A stretch of DNA of 64,000 bases from Octopus bimaculoides (taxonomy: Eukaryota). The notes under the pieces are model-generated. The model was not told the origin of the DNA. It was given only the letters and a program-made list of their open reading frames with translations, and searched no databases. The DNA is taken from positions 20,968,641-21,032,640 of the forward strand of contig NC_068981.1 of NCBI RefSeq assembly GCF_001194135.2, read 5' to 3'. Below are positions 12,319 through 23,880 of the stretch, piece after piece (positions within the stretch are counted from its first letter, which is position 1; every line of letters starts with the position of its first letter). The position numbers were made by a program, and so were the translations under genes.

Positions 12319-14706
12319 TATACGAGAAGAAAATGGATGTAAATAACAAGGAGAAACTCGTCATTTTCACTGGCATGGCTTTACTCTAATTAATTAACTA
12401 GTTCTAGTAAATATTTTCAGAATTCGAAAAATAGATTGATACATCGGTCAGAATGCAAAAAATAAATTGATACACTGGTAATGGTAATAGAGTCAAAATT
12501 TGTTAGTCTCACATTATATTTTGTCCTTAAGTTGATTATTTCACTGGGGAGTGGATTTCATTGCAGCAGATTGGTTAGTTTATGGTTCCGTTGGGTAATT
12601 AGTGTTGGGTGTATATTATTTTGGTGTGGAATCCTGAGTTTGACAAAGCACATTTTTTGCGCACGTGTGTATTAAATTGGTTTGAATCAGTGTTGTATGA
12701 GGTTGTTTTGGCGAGTATACGCCAGGTTAGTCTATAATCAACCTTTTTATCCTTAAGTTCCCAAATATATGTACTGAGCCCTGCTGAGTTAGTCTTACTT
12801 CTATTTCTGAAGCTTGATTGGTGTGTGTTATATCTAAGAATCATTTGGTTCTTAGTGGAGCCTATATATGATTTTATCTGGCTATTTTTGTGCACGTCAC
12901 ATTTGTAAACTATGTGATTTGTCTTGCATCTATTTAAAAAATGGCACTTTGTTCTATCCCTGCAGCCACATGAATTATTAGATGTATCTGTGTTCATGTT
13001 ATATTGTGTGTGTGTGTATGTGGGGCTATTACTATTCAGGTCTATATCTAAGTTAGCAGGAGGCGCTATGTTAGTGGCAGGCTTAGTTCTATTAGTTGGT
13101 TGGTTTTTATTTTTATTGTTCACAATCTTTCTAGTTTCATAGAATTTGTCTAGATTTTTATTATTTATTGAGGCTATTATTGTAGTTAAGTTGTTGATCA
13201 GACTGTGGCCTACTCTAATTTTATTCCTAAATAATTCTGCATATTTATCATTAACGTTTAGGTGTTTATCTATGATTTTTATTAATGAGCGAACTATGTT
13301 TGATTTGAGGTGCATGGTGTAGGGGATTACGAGCCAGATATTATCACTATTTTGTTTATTTTTTGTATTGTTTTTTTTTAGTATAGAGGCTTCCCTCCTT
13401 GTTTGTGAGTTGTGTGAAGTTATGGTTATGGCTATCTTGCTTATTTCCATAGTTAGGTTTCACTTTCCTGTTACTTTTGTCTGTGTTGTTTGTGTAGGGT
13501 TTATGTAGACTAGATGGCCTGGTTTTCTTGTTATTAACAGGGTTCATATTAGTTTGTTGGGTCACTTTAGTTTTATTCATACCGATGTGTAGGTTTATAA
13601 TATTATTTTGGGGCTTATTTGTATACTTGGTGTTATTAGTTTTGTTAATATTGTTAATCTTATTGATTATCACTATCAGTATTAGTGTTGTGGTTATTCT
13701 TGTTGTTATTGATGGTTTATGAATGGGCCTTGGCATTGTTCCTATTGGGGTTACCCATACTGTTCTTATTGTTGGTGTAGTTTGTGGTAATGTATAGTGT
13801 GTGGTTGGTGTTAATGGTATTAGTGAGTGGGTTTCTGGTATTTGGGCTATTTGTATGGTGATTAGGGTCAAGGTATTTAATTTTTTGTTTAAATCCTGCT
13901 TTCCGTAGTGCAGAATTATAAATTTCCTTATGCCTATTAAAGATATTTATGTTGGAAGAGAGGCGTGATATTCTATTGCTAATGCTATGTACTAGGCCTC
14001 TCTTAATAAAGTTTGGGTGGTTACTAGAAGCAATTATGTATTTGAGGTTTGTGTTGGGTTTTGTATAGGGTTCATGGAGTCCTGTGGCTAGGTTGCAGTT
14101 TGCATCTAAGCAGTTAATAGAGGTGTGTTCCTTTTCAATAGAAATAGCCCAAATCTTTTAAAGAATTTGTGTAGTTTTTTTCTTGATAAGCTCTAGTTTA
14201 CTATTTGAGGGTTTCTTTATTATGAAGAGGACGTCGTCCCTGTATGAGCTGCCTTTGATCTGGGAATTCTTCATGTATGTATGATAGCAAATAGATGCCT
14301 ACTAGGTCAGCTACCTGTGCTGAATCTGCGCAAAAAATGTGCTTAGTCAAACTCGAGATTCCACACCAAAATAATATACACTCACTCTAATTGCCCAACA
14401 GAACCATAAACTGACTAATCTACTGCAATGAAATCCACTCCTCAGCGAAATAATCACCGTAAGAACAAAATATAATGTAAGACTAACAAATTTTGACACA
14501 ATTACCATTACCACTGTATCAATTTATTTTTCACATTCTGACCGATGTATCAATCAATTTTTTCGCATTATGAAGATATTTACTAAAACTAGTAAATTGA
14601 AACGATCGTAAATGCTACCTTCTTCTTTGTTAATTAATTAAATTAAAGACATACCAGTGAAAACGACAAGTTTCTCCTTGTTATTTACATTCATTTTCTT
14701 CTCGTA
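12319..14706 (-). mobile_element. 5'-truncated Penelope-like element with inverted terminal repeats (pLTR-like)
   Basis: RT motif ADLVGIYLLS...SYRDDVLF (about 14300-14220); GIY-YIG IVYKC...SYIGSTKNQMILRYNTHQSSFRN...LSTYIWELK (ORF 13450-12599); 12319-12662 is an inverted repeat of 14327-14706. Confidence 0.9.
14565..14615 (+). ncRNA. Minimal hammerhead ribozyme-like motif in the pLTR (C3 mutated to A)
   Basis: GCAUU-AUGAAGA-U-AUUUACUA AAAC UAGUAAAU-U-GAAAC-GAUC-GUA-AAUGC; stem I GCAUU/AAUGC, 8-bp stem II, palindromic GAUC loop; the other arm reads CUGAAAA at the same site. Confidence 0.7.
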
Positions 14707-15363
14707 CATAAATACATACATATATATATATATAAATATAAAACATCTTTAAAATTGCATTTTCAAACCTTCTTTCATNNNNNNNNNNNNNNNNNNNNNN
14801 NNNNNNNNNNNNNNNNNNNNNNNNNNNNNNNNNNNNNNNNNNNNNNNNNNNNNNNNNNNNNNNNNNNNNNNNNNNNNNNNNNNNNNNNNNNNNNNNNNNN
14901 NNNNNNNNNNNNNNNNNNNNNNNNNNNNNNNNNNNNNNNNNNNNNNNNNNNNNNNNNNNNNNNNNNNNNNNNNNNNNNNNNNNNNNNNNNNNNNNNNNNN
15001 NNNNNNNNNNNNNNNNNNNNNNNNNNNNNNNNNNNNNNNNNNNNNNNNNNNNNNNNNNNNNNNNNNNNNNNNNNNNNNNNNNNNNNNNNNNNNNNNNNNN
15101 NNNNNNATATATATATATATATATATACATATATCTACATATATCATCATCATTTAACGTGATACACATATATGCTAATATATATACACATATTAGCATT
15201 TTTTCACTTATTTATTCTTATTCATTTGTTTATTTTGATTACTTATACATACGAGTGTAATCAATTAATAAATATAGACGAATGCCTACAGGCTGATGTT
15301 TGTTGATTGATTATCCTCTCCATCTTCTTATGTGCCCTACACACACACACACATATATTCTGT

Positions 15364-16215
15364 TATTTCCCTCTTTATTCCCTATCTTTTCCACAATCAT
15401 TCAAACTCAAATATTTTCTCACACCATCTCCGATGAAGAGATATCCATAATATCCCAGAAACAGCTATAAGACTATTTCATTATAAATGTCCTGAAAACT
15501 CCTCACAGCCTTGTCTAATATATATATGCATGCTAATACAAGACTCACGTTTAGACTCCTCACTCATATCATTATCGAACCAAGAGTTTAACGACGATCT
15601 ATCCATAGCACTTACTTAGCATTACCTGACACTCTTTGGGTCTTCTAGACATTAATACCTCTCATTAATACCCCTTGGTTCCTCTCTAATACAAGTCCTT
15701 ATTTCAGGTAACGCTTTCATAATGGATAAACAATTCCTTGGCATTTCTCATAAGGACATACTTATTCCTTCACAAAAGTCTTTCCTCTTACTCCACCTTA
15801 CTAAAACTAAGGATCTCATCCAAAGAATATGATGGAAAGCTTTCTTCCATAACAATCAAACATACCGAAGCAATAATAACACCAACACATACAACCTCCA
15901 ATCATATAAATATGAACTGGTATTGGAACTTACACACCAAGTACAGGAAACTTTTTAACCACTTCTGTACAGCGTTTTCCTTGAATAATGGAACTGCAAC
16001 TACAATATCTTTATATACCTGATTTCTACTTCAATTCTCTTATTTCCCTCTATATTCCCCATCTCCTCTTTTTCCACAATAATTCGAACTCAAATATTTT
16101 CTTACACCTTCTCTGATGAAGGGATATCCATAATATCCCGGAAACAGCTGTTAAACTATTTCATTATAAATGTCCTGAAAACTCCTCACAGCCCTGGATT
16201 TGTTATCTCATTCTG

Positions 16216-16220
<5 letters not shown>
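15364..16220 (+). mobile_element. Non-autonomous PLE-derived unit: two ~150-bp direct repeats each with a hammerhead motif, flanking a PLE ORF N-terminal remnant
   Basis: Direct repeats 15364-15512 and 16040-16193; internal MDKQFLGISHKDILIPSQKSFLLLHLTKTKDLIQRI*WKAFFH (15721-15850) resembles the PLE N-terminal IPIPS...RMRWKA.F motif. Confidence 0.7.
16105..16157 (+). ncRNA. Minimal hammerhead-like motif (second direct repeat); sister copy at 15422-15474 has CCGAUGA
   Basis: UCU-CUGAUGA-A-GGGAUAU CCAUA AUAUCCC-G-GAAAC-AGCU-GUU. Confidence 0.6.
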
Positions 16221-16265
<45 letters not shown>

Positions 16266-16315
16266 ATATACACATACATGTACACACACACACACACACA
16301 CATATATATGTATAA

Positions 16316-16754
16316 AAATTGACAGAATGAAATAAAAAAACCAAGGCAGTAAATAGATTTCATAACATTTATTAAGAAAAGGTCTATCAGCTGTTTCTCG
16401 GATATTTTATATATCCTTTCATCAGAGATGGTGCGGGAAAATGTTTGAATATTAATTATTGGAGAGAAGATATGAAATACAGCGGGAAGTAAGAGAATGA
16501 ATATAGAAGTGAGATAAATAAGGATATTTTATTTGGAGTTCCACAATATCCTTATGTATCTCACTTCTATATTCATTCTCTTACTTCCCTCTGTATTTCA
16601 TATCTTCTCTACAATAATTAATACTCATTTTCTCGCACCATCTCTGATGAAGGGATATATAAAATATCCCAGAAACAGATGTAAGACCTTTTCTTGATAA
16701 ATGTCATGAAATCTATTTACTGCATTGGTTTTTTTAATCTCATTCTGTCAATTT
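16316..16754. repeat. ~440-bp palindrome of the hammerhead-bearing repeat (arms ~210 bp, 16-nt loop)
   Basis: 16316-16528 is the reverse complement of 16545-16754; hammerhead motif on minus strand at 16381-16432 and on plus strand at 16636-16688; followed by 16755-16895 matching 15525-15670. Confidence 0.85.
16636..16688 (+). ncRNA. Minimal hammerhead-like motif (best preserved copy of this family)
   Basis: AUCU-CUGAUGA-A-GGGAUAU AUAAA AUAUCCC-A-GAAAC-AGAU-GUA-AGA. Confidence 0.65.
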
Positions 16755-16919
16755 ATATATATGCATGCTGATACATGACCCATGTTGGACTTCTCACTCG
16801 TATCATTATTGAGCCTGGAGCTTAACCATGGTCTATCCATAGCACTTAGCGTTCATCCAATACCTTTTGGGTCTTCCTGACACCAATACTTTTCACACAC
16901 ACACACACACATATACATA

Positions 16920-17148
16920 CAGGGCTGTGGAGTTGAAGCAAAATACTTTGACTCCTCTTTATGTAATTAAGTGATTGCGGTCTACATATCTCAAAGCATA
17001 TGCATACGCTTGTACTTTTAGTAGGCCTATATGTTATAACTGGTTTATATTAAAGAATAAAGATATTTTGAGTTGGAGCCAGTATAGTTTTACTGACTGT
17101 GACTCAAGTTACCCCTTAATTGTTTCCGACTCCGACTCCACAGCCCTG
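16920..17148. mobile_element. hAT-like MITE (229 bp)
   Basis: TIRs CAGGGCTGTGGAGT / ACTCCACAGCCCTG with CGACTC subterminal repeats; flanks tatacata / catatata (6 of 8 match, degenerate TSD). Confidence 0.7.
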
Positions 17149-17639
17149 CATATATATATGTATACACACACATATATATTGGTCTGTTCATTTTATGTCA
17201 GTTTTTCCAGGCTAGCATATGTAAGACAAATACATATCATTGAGGTGTTATTTAAAGCTAGATGTCCTTCCTGTCACTAACCCTTAGCTGTTTATCAAGT
17301 AAAAGAGTTTTCATTCCACTTGGTTTTGACTGCAGGCTACCAGACAAATTGTTAGTAATGTCAGTGGCACCATCCATGACTCGGTGATCACACACACACA
17401 CAAAAGAGTCTATAATAACATTACCTTTACCACTTTATCAAAAGAATATTCCTTGTTTATGTGATATTCATTTATTCACAATGTCTCCTCATCCCGTCTC
17501 TCAGTATATATCTATCAGTCATTCACCCCTTTGTTTTTCTATGCTAACATGTCTTATACTGGAAGGATTTTTTTGGCTGGATGCTCTTCCTGTTGGTAAC
17601 TCTGAACTGTTTTTCAAGTAATGGACTTTTGTATTCTAC

Positions 17640-18200
17640 AAGATCTAATCAATAGTTTGTTCCCCAGGTGACCTAATTAACAGTGGAGATAGGTAATCTG
17701 AAAACACAGTCGCCAGAGTGAGAACAGAATGGAAAAAGCTCAGAGAGCTAGTACTTCTGCTGGCAACAAAATGCCTCTCCCTCAGTTTAAAGAGCAGATT
17801 GTATGAAGTCTGAAGGTAAAGTCCAATGTTACATGAATTTGTAAATCAAAGGATTTTCAAAGATTAGGCGAAAAAAGCATACTTTGCTGGATGTGTAATG
17901 TTAGTGTGCATTAATAATGAAGTACAGATGACTTGAGAAAAAAGCTTTGTATAAGAGAAATCAGATATAGTATGTAAGAGAGAAAACTGTGTATGTGCAT
18001 GCGATACAAAAGGAAGATGACAGCCAAGCAATCAAAATGGATGATGCCTGTGAAAGAAGAAGATCTAGAAAGACATGGAACACAGTTGTGAAAACTGATC
18101 TCAAGATGCTGAACCTCACAAAAGAGAGGACAAGGAAATGCAACAATTGGTGACATCCAGTGCTAGGGAAAACCTCCATTCTTGTGTAAGTATGGCAGAG
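17640..18200 (+). mobile_element. Heavily decayed RTE LINE C-terminal fragment
   Basis: CAGAGAGCTAGTACTTCTGCTGGCAACAAAATGCCTCTCCCTCAG...AGATTGTATGAAG matches 3910-3980; AAGATGCTGAACCTCACAAAAGAG tail-proximal motif. Confidence 0.65.
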
Positions 18201-18849
18201 TGAATGGGTTGTGATGGTGGCTCATGCTGCATTCATCTTCCAATCTTCTGATTCTCTTTCTCTCACTGACCCTTCTTTTGCAGCTTCACCATCACTCAAC
18301 ATTCTCACTTTCCTACATCTTCTTCTCACTCTCTTCTGTGCATATGTAGGAATCAAGTGTTATCCTATATGGGGCATAACAGTTGATTCCCTGCAACTCA
18401 ATATACCCCATCATCTGTATCATGCAGTCCCTCTTTCTTTCAGTCACCCCTAATGCTACTATTTGTCTTCCCTTTTTCTACATTTCCAATTCTTCTGTTT
18501 TTCAAGTAATGGACTTTTGTATTCTACAAGATCTAGTCAACAGTTTGTTCCCAGGTGACCTCTGGTACTCTCTCCACTACCACCCTCTCATCTGTTTCTC
18601 TTATTACACTAACTTCTCTCTACACCATGCCAAATACCATCACTCTCTCTCCTATTTTCCCTCTCAATTGTAGGGCCCCTTTGGTCTTGTAATACTTCTG
18701 ATATTGTTCTTCAATTCAATGTGAAATTGCAGTGATGTTAAGTGATGGGAACATAAACAAGCCAACACCAGTTGTCAAACACAAACATGCACACTCATAT
18801 AATATATAAAATAATTTAATAAATTTTAAACTGAAGATACAAAACTCAC

Positions 18850-19113
18850 ATGTTATTTTTCCATATTTTCCAAATTTCTCTCTCAGTACAGAGCTATGCA
18901 AATTAGGTGGTAAATTCCCAACATATATGCGTGTTCCTCGATATCCAGGCCTTCCAAAGTTCATCACACCTCTGTCTGAATTGTTGCCATCGTTTGGTCG
19001 ACGGCCTCGATTTTCCATCGGGAAATTACGTTTTATATTATTTGGGCCTTTGTTATCTTTATCATGAGAAGGGCCACGATTATCAGTGAGATTACTCATT
19101 GCATACGCAACAC
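18850..19113 (-). CDS. First coding exon of an RRM-domain RNA-binding protein (SR/hnRNP-like); coding from ATG 19099
   Basis: Acceptor TTTGTTGCAG|GTG at 19114/19113; donor ACAT|GTGAGT at 18850/18849; MSNLTDNRGP...GRPGYRGTRIYVGNLPPNLHSSVLREKFGKYGKIT contains RNP2 IYVGNLP and helix 1; downstream exons not found in window. Confidence 0.8.
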
Positions 19114-19344
19114 CTGCAACAAATCAAAAACAATCATAATAATAACAATGATTTACAGGTTATTTAAATATCTTGTTAAAATCAAATACTACAATTTTAA
19201 ACAACGGCGCATGTTAGTGATGAAACAGACAATCTAATATGGATGATAAAGATGTTGCACCTAATAGACAACATTAAAATATCAGAGTTTAATTTCCAAC
19301 TAGAACCTATAGGGGACATATTTTTGAAGAACTGTTAACCGAAG

Positions 19345-19410
19345 GGACCAGCCTGAATCTTTTAACTAATCTAACCGAAGGGACCAGCCTGAATCTTTTA
19401 ACTAATCTAA
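19345..19410. repeat. Tandem duplication of a ~35-bp unit
   Basis: AACCGAAGGGACCAGCCTGAATCTTTTAACTAATCT twice head to tail. Confidence 0.85.
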
Positions 19411-19639
19411 AACCATATAAACTAAGATGAGATATTACAATAATTAAAGTTTCCAAACATTTAACCTCATCTTTTGTGGTATCCATTCTTGAATACATAG
19501 TGTGTTTTAGGTTTGATTTGAACTCAAAATCTATTCGTTTAAATGAAATGTATCAAAATCTTAATCCACAATGTCACCTGTATATGTACAAATTATTTGT
19601 GCCTTTGGTGGATATTTCAGTTCAATTTTCAATATTGGC

Positions 19640-19975
19640 AACTATCTTTATCTTTTACTTGTTTCAGTCATTAAACTGCGGCCATGCTGGGGTACTGCCT
19701 TGAAGAATTTTAGGTGAATGAGTTGACCCCAGTGCTTATTTTTTTAAAGTCAGGTATTTATTCTGTTGGTCTCATTTACCAAACCACAAAGTTAAAGGGA
19801 TGTAAATATACCAACACCAGTTGTCAAAGAGTGGTGGGGGACAAATACACACAAACATGACAGGCTTTGGTTGCCTGAGGCTATAACAGAAGATACTAGC
19901 CAAAGTGCTATGCAGTGGGATGGAACCCCAAATCATGTGGTTGGAAGGCAAGCTTCTTACCATACAGCCACACAT
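19640..19975 (-). mobile_element. Decayed tRNA-derived SINE
   Basis: Reverse complement resembles the copies at 41998 and 47746 (GGCTGTATGGTAAGAAGCTTGC...TTGACAACTGGTGTTGG...CCAGCATGGCCGCAG). Confidence 0.7.
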
Positions 19976-20339
19976 GTGCCTATATTGAAGTCATCACTAA
20001 AAAAAAATCTACTGAATAGTTTGAAAAACATTTAATTATTCATGAGAATACTTTGAAGACTAGCTTTGCAAAGAAGTTGATTATTCTAAATATTTGTACA
20101 GTATCCCATTTTGTATTCTCATGGTAATGGGTTCAAATTATCTATCAACAATTAAACTAACAGAATTCATGTTAAGATGTTTTGCTTCAGGTCTGCCCCA
20201 ACTTGGCAGATCTATGATTAAAAACATTACTGTTTCTAATGTGTAGTTTCTTAAATAAAACAGTGTTTTTCATGGGGATGCTTAAATGCTTCTTCTTTTG
20301 CTGAGTGGGTAGGATATTAAAATAGAACAGTGTTGTGTT

Positions 20340-21652
20340 TTTTTAGGAGGGGGACATAGACTATAAGTTCCCATATTGTTTACTCATTATACATGCAAAA
20401 CAAATACATTAAGATACTAATATACAAATTTTTAATTTCGCACATGCGCATTGTTTGTTTTTGATTTAATCAACTACACAGTCAGGCACCGTCTGTGAAA
20501 AAAACAGCACCATGACACAAGTCACCCTGTCAGAAATTTGGGAACAACATGCTGTACTGCTTGGCATTCGTGCAGGAAGCTCCAATATGAACATTTCAGA
20601 GTGTTTGGATATCAATTAGAGGACAGTGCAGAGGATTTGGAAAAAGTTGGATGAGCCTAATGGTGATTACGAAGGTATGGCAGCTTGGAAAACTCACTCT
20701 GATAAGAAAAGAACTCCTGAATTTGTCAGTGAAATCCAGGCCATGATTGACAACAATCCCTCCAAGTCAATCAGGTCCATTGCCAGGGAGTGTCTGAGTT
20801 TCTTATCAGGCAGGTAGCATATGAAGACATTTGGTATTCCTCATACAAGATGAGAAAGGGCCAATTTTTATCCCAAGCCATCGAGGACAAGAGGAAAGAT
20901 TGCACTATGAAGCTTTTGAACAAACTCAAACATCCTCTCCAACTAAACATACTTAGATTTTTCTCAGACAAGAAAAATTTCTGCGAGGATCAGATGGTGA
21001 ACACACAGCACAACCATTGGCTTGCTGTGTCTCCAAAACGTACTGAGAGTGATAAAAATCAAACATCCAGTCAACATCATGGTGTTTGAAGTGATCACTA
21101 GTGATGATGTTATGCCTCCATTCATCTTCCCACACAGCCTCAGACTCAACATGGAAGCCTACATCAAGTGCCTGGAGGAGGTAGTGCTACCATGGGTGAA
21201 GAGGGTGGCTGCTGGAAGACCCTATGTCTGGCAACAGGACTCTGCACCATGCCACACAAGCAGCCCTGTCATGGCTGTCTGACAATTTCTGCAACCACAT
21301 CACTCCTAACATCTGGCCACTTAACCCCTCAAACTGCAACCCCCTTTATTATGTGTGGTGGGTGTAGTTGAGCGAGAGACCAACAAAACTCCTTGTAACA
21401 CCAAAGATGAATTGAAGGCAAGGATTATGGCAGCATTCACCAACTTAAACGAGGAGGCCGTCAAGAAGAGTTGCAGAAGATTCCAAAATCGCCTGGAGGT
21501 CGTGGTTGAAGCCATAGGTGATTTTATTGAATAAATTTACTCTTTAATATTTCAATATATTTTTATGTAAGTTTGATAAATATATCTATTAAAATGAGAT
21601 GTCATTGTTAGTTTCATTTTTGCGTAATTTAGACAACAATGTATTCACACTG
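20340..21652 (+). mobile_element. Tc1/mariner transposon of maT (DD37D)-like type, decayed
   Basis: RTPEFVSEIQAMIDNNPSKSIRSIARE; RFFSDKKNF; YVWQQDSAPCHTS; W..N..NCNP.YY.W; RRFQNRLEVVVEAIGDFIE; right end ...GTATTCACACTG|TA at 21652; left TIR not recognised so start is approximate. Confidence 0.8.
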
Positions 21653-21727
21653 TATATCCGCAGACAAAGTAACATTTTCCCAGTTGGACAGTTTAACAAG
21701 ATCTAAAGAAGAACAGAACAAAAGCAT

Positions 21728-21897
21728 TTCATCATCATCGTTTAACATCCGCTTTCCATATTGGCATGGGTTGGACAGTTTGACTGAGGACTGGCAAGCC
21801 AGGAGGCTGCACCAGGCTCCAATCTGATCCGGCAGGTTTCTACAGCTGGATGCCCTTCCTAATGCAAACCACTCCAAGAGTGTAGTGGGTGCTTTCA
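21728..21897 (-). mobile_element. RTE tail (truncated; part of an inverted duplication)
   Basis: CATCATCATCGTTTAACATCCGCTTTCCATATTGG shares the variant CCAATATGG with the copy at 25060-25093. Confidence 0.8.
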
Positions 21898-22995
21898 TGT
21901 ACCTGAACAAACACATTGAGGGGCTACATTAATGTCTAAATGTAATTGTTGTAGAGTTAAAGTAAAATATTTTCTGTCTATTCAGTTTTCTCTCCCTTCC
22001 TTCCAGCTGTGTTTTAGGTCTGCCACACTTCATTTTTAAACATCTCTCCTAACTGATTTCATTCTTAACACTCTCTCATCCATATACTCTCTTAACTCTG
22101 ACCTCTATGCCACTGTTCATTACCCTCCACATCTCTCCACTTTCAGATCAATCTATAGATTTATGATAGTGCTGCTATCCACCCCTCCTTCCTGAAACAC
22201 TTCTTTCTCTCTTACCTCCCCACTGATAGTGACCATCAACCTCACCTCAACTTTTGATGATCACTTACTACATCCACTTGTAGCCCCATCTCTAACCATT
22301 TGTCACTCTCCTCTCAAACTCTTATGAAATTGTCCACAATTGCCTTCCTTCTTGATTCACTGTCTATATTCTTCCTTACACTCACATTCTTGTACCATGA
22401 CAGTATGCTCTCACACACCAACTTTATCTCCATTCCAGCTACTCTCACTCACCCTCACATAATGCAAGGTAGTCATGTATTGTCTCCAAAGCCAGACACC
22501 TGTGCTTATCACTCTATTATACTTTAACCCTTGCACCTGGCATAAAATCACCTCTTACTCACTCAGTTGAGGAGGCTTTTTGCTTTTCATAATCTGGCAA
22601 GTTACTTGGTGACCTCATGGTGTCACAAAAAGAAAGAAAGAGGCACCTAGCACATTTTGTAAAGTGGTTGGTGTTAGGAAGAGCATTTAGCTGTAGAAGC
22701 CACGACAAAGCTGACACTGGGACTTGACACAGCATTGTGCCTCTTTAGAGCCTGTTCAACCAGGAAAATGGGCATTAACTGATAATTTTAATGCACTTGA
22801 TAAATAATGTAGGCTTTGTTAATTAATGCTGATAAAGAATGTAAGAGGCATGTTAATGTACAAACATGGCTATTTATTAATTGGGGAACATTTTGTGAGA
22901 AGAGCTGCTTATTTATAAAAAACCGTTGTGTCCCTTCACTGTCTTTTTGTATCATGTCAGTGATACTTTTTAATTTGATTCTAGCAATGTTCCCT

Positions 22996-23340
22996 TTAAC
23001 CCTTTTGTTATCATATTTCTGTTGAAATACACTGCCTTTGTTTTAATTTTGAAAATGATGAATTTAGTAAAATAACTTAGTCATTATTAAGCTGGTGCTT
23101 GGAAAAAAAAATTAACATGAAATCTTGAAGGAAGGTTTTAATTTAGATGACTTTAAACAAGAAGTTAATATCACAGAACCAGGGCCGATCTCAAGCAGGA
23201 TTGTACCCAAAGGATTAAGCTGTACTCTTGTGTATGCACAAGTCCTAAAACTAGCGCACAAAGGGAAAAAAGTGTGCACACACGGTTTGCAAGATGAAAT
23301 CAAATTATTTTAATTGAAGATGGTTACTTGCAACGATGTG
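22996..23340. mobile_element. piggyBac-like non-autonomous remnant; similar start at 53633-53690
   Basis: TTAACCCTTTTGTTATCATATTTCTGTTGAAATACAC resembles the piggyBac end TTAACCCTTTCGTTACTATATTTCTG at 1328; second end not found. Confidence 0.5.
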
Positions 23341-23880
23341 CACATACTTTGCAAAGACAAAATTTACACACCAGCAAATTTCTGTACATAGCCACAATAA
23401 AAATTAGAGAGAACATATCAGGAACTTTGCCATAACACGATTTACTACAATTATTTGGGAACATACAAACACTGAGGTACTATTATTTGTGACAATGTGA
23501 ACAGAAGGGGAATGATGACCAAGAGAGTAAAAACTGAGAGTATGAGTATGAGCCTAATGGGAGGGGAAAACTGATAGGATGGGATGGGAGGATGTAATGG
23601 AAGAGAGACAGTAATAGCTACACATTAGTAGTTGACAGGAGGTTGAATAGGAAACAGCATGGGCAGCATAAGGGGATAGAACTAAACGTGGGTAGTGCTA
23701 AGGGCGAGTTGAGGATGATGGAAAAAGAAGATTCAAATAGGGAAGAATTGATGCTATCCTTTATTACACAGGATTGTAATGAGAGTGAGGGAGAGTGGAA
23801 GTGAAAACAAATACAGAGATACTATGTTCATTTATTTGTGAACATACACACTAAGGTACTATAAGTATTTATCTGAATAT

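Noticed and set aside
13356-13871. Separate T/N-rich protein
   Set aside because: Low-complexity segment inside the Penelope-like element between RT and GIY-YIG remnants.
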